Origin: Candidatus Helarchaeota ASGARD archaeon Hel_GB_B
GTDB lineage: Archaea > Asgardarchaeota > Lokiarchaeia > Helarchaeales > HEL-GB-B
Direction: 5' to 3'
Length of the DNA: 32,000 bases
NCBI GenBank assembly: GCA_005191425.1
Contig: SUPR01000027.1
Span: forward strand, 1-32,000
Positions 27,171 through 32,000 of this stretch are shown here, piece by piece. The number at the start of each line of letters is the position of its first letter. Position 1 is the stretch's first letter. The position numbers and the translations under genes are program-made. Below the pieces are notes generated by a model. The model did not search any database, had not been told where the DNA came from, and was given only the letters and a program-made list of their open reading frames with translations.

Positions 27171-28013
27171 ATGTATGTTAATTTAATTTTTTCAAATAAG
27201 ATGCTTATTCATAGTGGAAAAATAGAGTCTGGATTTATTAAATGGGCTTTATATGGGTTTAGTAATCATCATTTAAATCCAGAAGTTTTTGAAATACAGC
27301 CGAAAGCCAAAATAAGGACAGAAGGAGAGGAAAAAAATACTTTTGCTTATTTTAAGATATCCAAATTGTCAGCTGGGGATGAATTTAATTTCAGGTGTGC
27401 AATTCAATTTTATACAATTCCCCTCAATATTCCTTTAATAAGTTTTAGTTTTAATGAGTATCCAAATCAAATAATTACTAAGTATTGTAGTTATTCAAAA
27501 TATTGGCCAATATACGATAAAGAAATACAAAAAATAGCGGCAGATTTAAAGAAGGAATCAAAAAACGATGTTAAAAAATTTTTAAAGGACACTTATAAAT
27601 TCGTAGAAAAATCAGTCAAATTGCGAGAAAATATGAATGAACGACTTGGGGCGTCAAGAGCTTTACAGGAGAAAATAGGTGATTGTGATGAATTTTCTGA
27701 TTTATTTATAACCATTTTAAGGGCAGCAAAAGTCCCAGCAAGAAGAGTTGTTGGAATATACATCTCAAAAAACAAGCACGAATTTCATGCATGGACTGAA
27801 GTATTTATACCGCATTATAATACATTTATTCCTTTTGATATTGCATTAAACTATTTTTCAAGTATATCTCAATTTCATATTATCCGGTTAAAAATGGCTC
27901 AATCTGAATATCCTCCATTTGTATATGTAAAATATAAAGGTTCTTCAAATGTAAATTTAGAATTTACAGAAAACGATTTAGAAAAAATTGAAATTTTATA
28001 TCCTAACGAATAA
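27171..28013 (+). CDS. Transglutaminase-like (papain-fold) cysteine protease domain protein
   Basis: Cys-His-Asp triad: GDCDEFS...LRAAKVPARRVVG, HAWTEV, PFD; no signal peptide. Confidence 0.88.
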   Translation: MYVNLIFSNKMLIHSGKIESGFIKWALYGFSNHHLNPEVFEIQPKAKIRTEGEEKNTFAYFKISKLSAGDEFNFRCAIQFYTIPLNIPLISFSFNEYPNQIITKYCSYSKYWPIYDKEIQKIAADLKKESKNDVKKFLKDTYKFVEKSVKLRENMNERLGASRALQEKIGDCDEFSDLFITILRAAKVPARRVVGIYISKNKHEFHAWTEVFIPHYNTFIPFDIALNYFSSISQFHIIRLKMAQSEYPPFVYVKYKGSSNVNLEFTENDLEKIEILYPNE

Positions 28014-28098
28014 AAAGTAATTAATTGGATAATATTTAAATTAGTATGGGTAAAACATTTTTCCAGTTAAAATTAGTAATTATAATTTCCTTATAATA

Positions 28099-29904
28099 TT
28101 AAAAATCTCTTTTGTATTTATCGGAATAAAATTTATCTGCCTTTTTTGATTCTAATATATTAACAATATTAATAATTTTAAAAACAAATGTGAAAAAAAA
28201 GCCAAAGGGAATTGCTAATCTAGAAATGAAGGTAAATTTTCGTGTAATTCTCTTTTTTTTAAGAATTTTTGGTAATAATCTTGCAATTAATTTAAATTCG
28301 TTTTTATCAGAAACAATACCTTTTCTATTAAAACCATTTTGATATTTATTGTCTCTAAAGGCACTTTTGAAGTCTCTATAGATCCAAATGAACCAACCAG
28401 AAATCCAATCTTTTGAATTAAAAATTTCTATAGACCTAATCAAAATTGAAGCCTGTTTTTCTTCTGAAAAGCGCTCGAAAATGTTAGAATGATAATTATA
28501 TTTTGCTCCAGCTCCAAATTCTGTAATAAACCAAGGTTTATTATAACATAAAGATATGCCTCGCGTCATCTCAAGTATAAAATTTAAATTTTTTTCGCTT
28601 AACAAATACCAACCGAAGTATTCATTTAAAGTAGCTATGTCTGTTTTAGACCGATAATGATCTGACAAGAAACGTGATGAAACATAGCTAATAGGCCTAG
28701 ATGGGTCTATTTTCTTTGCAAAACTTATTAAATTTAAAATAAATTTGTGGCAATCATACGATTCAATAGGTATTTCATTTCCTACAGACCAAAAAATAAC
28801 TGATGGATGATTAAAATCTCTATATATCAAATCCTGAATCATTTTAGCTGCTAATTTAAATACTTTTGGGCTCTTGAAATTGATATTCCAATAGACTGGA
28901 ATTTCCTCGAGTATCAATAACCCAATTTTATCAGCCAAACAAAGAAGTGATTCATCATGAGGATAATGGGCAGTTCTAATTGCATTAAACCCTAATTTTT
29001 TAATATTTAATAAGTCCTTTTTTCTCAATTCAAATGGAATGGCCCTCCCAAATGGTATTAACTCCTCATGAAGATTAATACCGTATAATTTAATTTTTTT
29101 ATTATTGAGATATAAAAATCGTCCATTAATTTTAATTTCTCTAATTCCAAATTGGATTTTTGTAAAATAATTACTGTCGCTAAAATTTAATAAAATTGTA
29201 TAAATATTAGGAGTATCAGGAGACCAAAACAACGGATTTTCAATGTGGATATAAAAAACCCCTTTTTCAGTATCTGGTTTAACTTGACCTTTTAAAATAG
29301 TCTTATTTGTAAATTTAAGTTCATAATTGAATGATTTTACTTCTGTAATATAATATTTACATATTAATTTTGCAGAATTTTTGCTAATTTGAGTATAAAT
29401 ATGCACCCAATCTATTCGACTCTTAGGTAGAATCTCATAAAATACATCTCTATATATTCCACCCCAGTTATACCAATCAAAAAGTTTGCTAGGGATTCTA
29501 TTTTTTTTCCTAATATTATCAACTTGAACAGCAAGATAATTTTTTTCGGATTTTTTAAGATATGAATTTTTAATTTTAAATTTAAATGGTAAGAAACCAC
29601 CTTCATGCAAACCAATATAATTATTATTTAACCAAATTTTTGTTTGATAATTACTACCGTTGAACAACAAAAAGAATTCCTCGTTATTTTCGTCTAATTC
29701 ATTTATTTCAAAAATTTTAAAATACCAACATATCCCTTCATATTTTTCAAGTCCCTGATAAGAATTCCAGCTTGACGGAATTTGGATTTTTTTAAAATTC
29801 GAAATTCTATTTTTAATATTTGAGATTAAAAACAATTTATTCTTAATTCCATCATTATTAAAATCAACGTAAAATAGCCATTCTCCCGAAAGTAGTTTTT
29901 TCAT
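28099..29904 (-). CDS. Glycoside hydrolase family 2, beta-glucuronidase-like
   Basis: YEGICWY, HEGGFLPF, WGGIYRDV, GINLHEE, RTAHYP, WSVGNE (acid/base), YFGWY, ITEFG (nucleophile), NRKG (GUS N-x-K motif). Confidence 0.9.
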   Translation of the reverse strand: MKKLLSGEWLFYVDFNNDGIKNKLFLISNIKNRISNFKKIQIPSSWNSYQGLEKYEGICWYFKIFEINELDENNEEFFLLFNGSNYQTKIWLNNNYIGLHEGGFLPFKFKIKNSYLKKSEKNYLAVQVDNIRKKNRIPSKLFDWYNWGGIYRDVFYEILPKSRIDWVHIYTQISKNSAKLICKYYITEVKSFNYELKFTNKTILKGQVKPDTEKGVFYIHIENPLFWSPDTPNIYTILLNFSDSNYFTKIQFGIREIKINGRFLYLNNKKIKLYGINLHEELIPFGRAIPFELRKKDLLNIKKLGFNAIRTAHYPHDESLLCLADKIGLLILEEIPVYWNINFKSPKVFKLAAKMIQDLIYRDFNHPSVIFWSVGNEIPIESYDCHKFILNLISFAKKIDPSRPISYVSSRFLSDHYRSKTDIATLNEYFGWYLLSEKNLNFILEMTRGISLCYNKPWFITEFGAGAKYNYHSNIFERFSEEKQASILIRSIEIFNSKDWISGWFIWIYRDFKSAFRDNKYQNGFNRKGIVSDKNEFKLIARLLPKILKKKRITRKFTFISRLAIPFGFFFTFVFKIINIVNILESKKADKFYSDKYKRDF

Positions 29905-30007
29905 GATATTTACCTTATTAAAATCGAATTTAGGATTTGGTAATCAAAAAATAATCTTTAAAAGTATGCTATAATAAATTTTAATATTAATATAACCTCT
30001 ATAAGGG

Positions 30008-31456
30008 GTGAAAAATAAAACGATAGAACCGTCAATACCTAACGAAATTCTAAAAGCACTTGAGCAGAATGGTTTTACTTTATTGATTAAAGGCGATGCT
30101 GGTACTGGAAAAACTACTTTAAGCCTAGAGATATTAAAATTTGCAAAATCTAAAATTTATATTAGTTCTAGAATATCTCCTACAATGATTAAAAAGCAAT
30201 TTCCATGGTTAGAAAATGAAGACATTATTTTTATTGATGCAACACAAACCTTTTTTCAAGAAGACAGTATAACAACCCAAATTGAGCGTGCAATAAAATT
30301 TAGGGAAATGCCTGGTTTTTTACAAAAGTTATACGAAATTGTTAAAAATAAAGATTCCTCTACCATAGTAGTAATAGATTCTTGGGATGCGATTTACAAT
30401 AGTATTTTAGAAGAGTCATTAGAATCTAAAAGAATTGAAACAGTTCTTACTGAAATGGTTCGGTTTTTAAAATTCAATTTAATATTAATCACTGAATCCA
30501 ATCAAACTTCACTAGATTATATTTCTGATGGTGTTGTAGAATTAAAAAGTGAAATTATTTGTAATAGAAGTAAAAGAGTTATAAAAATAAAAAAGATGAG
30601 AGGAATTGAAATTACACAACCTGAATATCTTTTTTCATTACACCAATCCAGGTTTAAGCATTTTCAGAGAATGATGGAATTTATTCCTCTTAAAAAGTTA
30701 AACAATAAACCTCCTTTAATCAAAAATACTAAAAATAAATTATTAAGTTATTCAGAGTCATTAAACAATTTTTTCAATTATGGGTTAAAAAGGGGCACTA
30801 TTAGTTTACTTGAAATTAGTGAGGATGTTGGGTTCGATTATATTTGGGTCCTAATTCCAATAATGATTAATCAGTTGCAACAAAATCACGGGATTACTTT
30901 AATCCCAGATGAAGGATTAGATTTTAAAGTTATATATAATGTACTTTCCAGATATATATCTCAAGATATTCTCGAAAAATATTTAACATTTTTTGATTTT
31001 TCTCCTACCTATACTGAACCTAATGAATTTATCAAATTAATAAGAATACTTGACTATAAAAAAGATATTGAGCATATTTATAACGATATTAAAGAGGACA
31101 TGATAAAAAAGATAACTGAACGACAGAACCTTTCACAAGACCAAATTTATGGTGGTACTGCCTTTTTTGGTAGTAATAGATTCGAAAATCGGTTCGGAAT
31201 CGAAAATATAAAGAAATATCTTATAGTAATTGGTGAATTTATTAAATTATTTAAAACTAGCAGGATGGTCTATATATCTTATTTTAATCAAAAAATCCGA
31301 GAGATTATTTCTCCAATGGTCTCCACTCATTTTAAAATTGAAAAAATTTGTAATGTCATGGTAATCTATGGAGAACGTCCGTTCGCTAATATGCATGTAA
31401 TTATAATAAATTTTGATAAAGGTTATCCGGAAATTAATTTATATCCCATAGTCTGA
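30008..31456 (+). CDS. KaiC/GvpD-like RecA-superfamily ATPase (two RecA domains, second degenerate)
   Basis: GDAGTGKT, VVIDS, DYISDGVVEL, IKKMRG; the second half (GLKRGTISLLE...) lacks Walker A. Confidence 0.8.
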   Translation: MKNKTIEPSIPNEILKALEQNGFTLLIKGDAGTGKTTLSLEILKFAKSKIYISSRISPTMIKKQFPWLENEDIIFIDATQTFFQEDSITTQIERAIKFREMPGFLQKLYEIVKNKDSSTIVVIDSWDAIYNSILEESLESKRIETVLTEMVRFLKFNLILITESNQTSLDYISDGVVELKSEIICNRSKRVIKIKKMRGIEITQPEYLFSLHQSRFKHFQRMMEFIPLKKLNNKPPLIKNTKNKLLSYSESLNNFFNYGLKRGTISLLEISEDVGFDYIWVLIPIMINQLQQNHGITLIPDEGLDFKVIYNVLSRYISQDILEKYLTFFDFSPTYTEPNEFIKLIRILDYKKDIEHIYNDIKEDMIKKITERQNLSQDQIYGGTAFFGSNRFENRFGIENIKKYLIVIGEFIKLFKTSRMVYISYFNQKIREIISPMVSTHFKIEKICNVMVIYGERPFANMHVIIINFDKGYPEINLYPIV

Positions 31457-31496
31457 TAATTAAAATCTTTTAATCTAAATTATAAATTGAACCTAA

Positions 31497-32000
31497 ATGA
31501 ACATCTTTATTTTTGAGTACTTAACTGGTGGCGGATTTATTAATGATAAGCTACCACCATCTCTTGTATGTGAAGGCGCAGCAATGCTTTTAACATTGAT
31601 AAAAGGGTTAAACCCCGATTTTGATGTTAAAATTTTATTAGACTACCGATTAGCCGGGTATAAGGAGTTTTTTAAAAACATTTCCCCTAAAATAATTAAG
31701 AATACAAGCGATTTCAATGAGAATTTCAAAGATTATATTAATAATTCTGATTATTATCTCATAATAGCGCCTGAGTTTAATAATATATTAAGAGATTTAA
31801 CTCTAGAAGCTGAAAATAGTAGCGCAATTAATTTAGGATGTAATTCATATTCTATTGAAAAAACTGGAAATAAATTTGAGACTTTTAAAAAATTATTTCA
31901 TTTAAAAAAGTATTTGCCGGCTACTCTAAAAGCAAATCATAGCAATGCTAAAATTAGCGAAATTTATAAATTTTGTAAAGATTTAGGCTATCCTGTAGTT
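31497..32000 (+). CDS. mfnD: ATP-grasp ligase, MfnD (tyramine--L-glutamate ligase)-like, partial at the right edge
   Basis: Not in the ORF track; translated by hand: MNIFIFEYLTGGG...LPPSLVCEGAAML...IIAPEFNNIL..LT...LGC...GNKFETF...YPVV, open to 32000. Confidence 0.7.
   Translation, partial: MNIFIFEYLTGGGFINDKLPPSLVCEGAAMLLTLIKGLNPDFDVKILLDYRLAGYKEFFKNISPKIIKNTSDFNENFKDYINNSDYYLIIAPEFNNILRDLTLEAENSSAINLGCNSYSIEKTGNKFETFKKLFHLKKYLPATLKANHSNAKISEIYKFCKDLGYPVV

Overview
Very AT-rich (roughly 20-30% GC by eye), densely coding archaeal DNA. Gene content (WD40/winged-helix/longin-like fusion, HEAT and TPR solenoids, V4R pair, 7TM membrane protein, MfnD-like ATP-grasp, AcdA) suggests an Asgard archaeon (Loki-/Helarchaeota-like); this is inference, not a database result. 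About 24 CDS are supported; no rRNA, tRNA, CRISPR array or transposase was recognised. Leading candidates for novelty: (1) an 878-aa Cdc48/Vps4-clade ATPase built from three tandem AAA+ modules (dead-active-degenerate), with no Cdc48 N-domain and a possible HbYX tail, directly downstream of a TPR gene; (2) a WD40 + 3x winged-helix/PCI-like + longin-like fusion; (3) a long coiled coil ending in a possible gelsolin-like domain. Also present: a HAD/PfkB/radical SAM-SPASM operon, an orphan PglX/Type IIG-like adenine methyltransferase, a PD-(D/E)xK protein with a 21-bp repeat tail and a decayed tandem copy, a palindromic operator candidate over the predicted hsp20 start site, and a higher-GC, apparently 5'-truncated glycoprotein fragment at the left edge.
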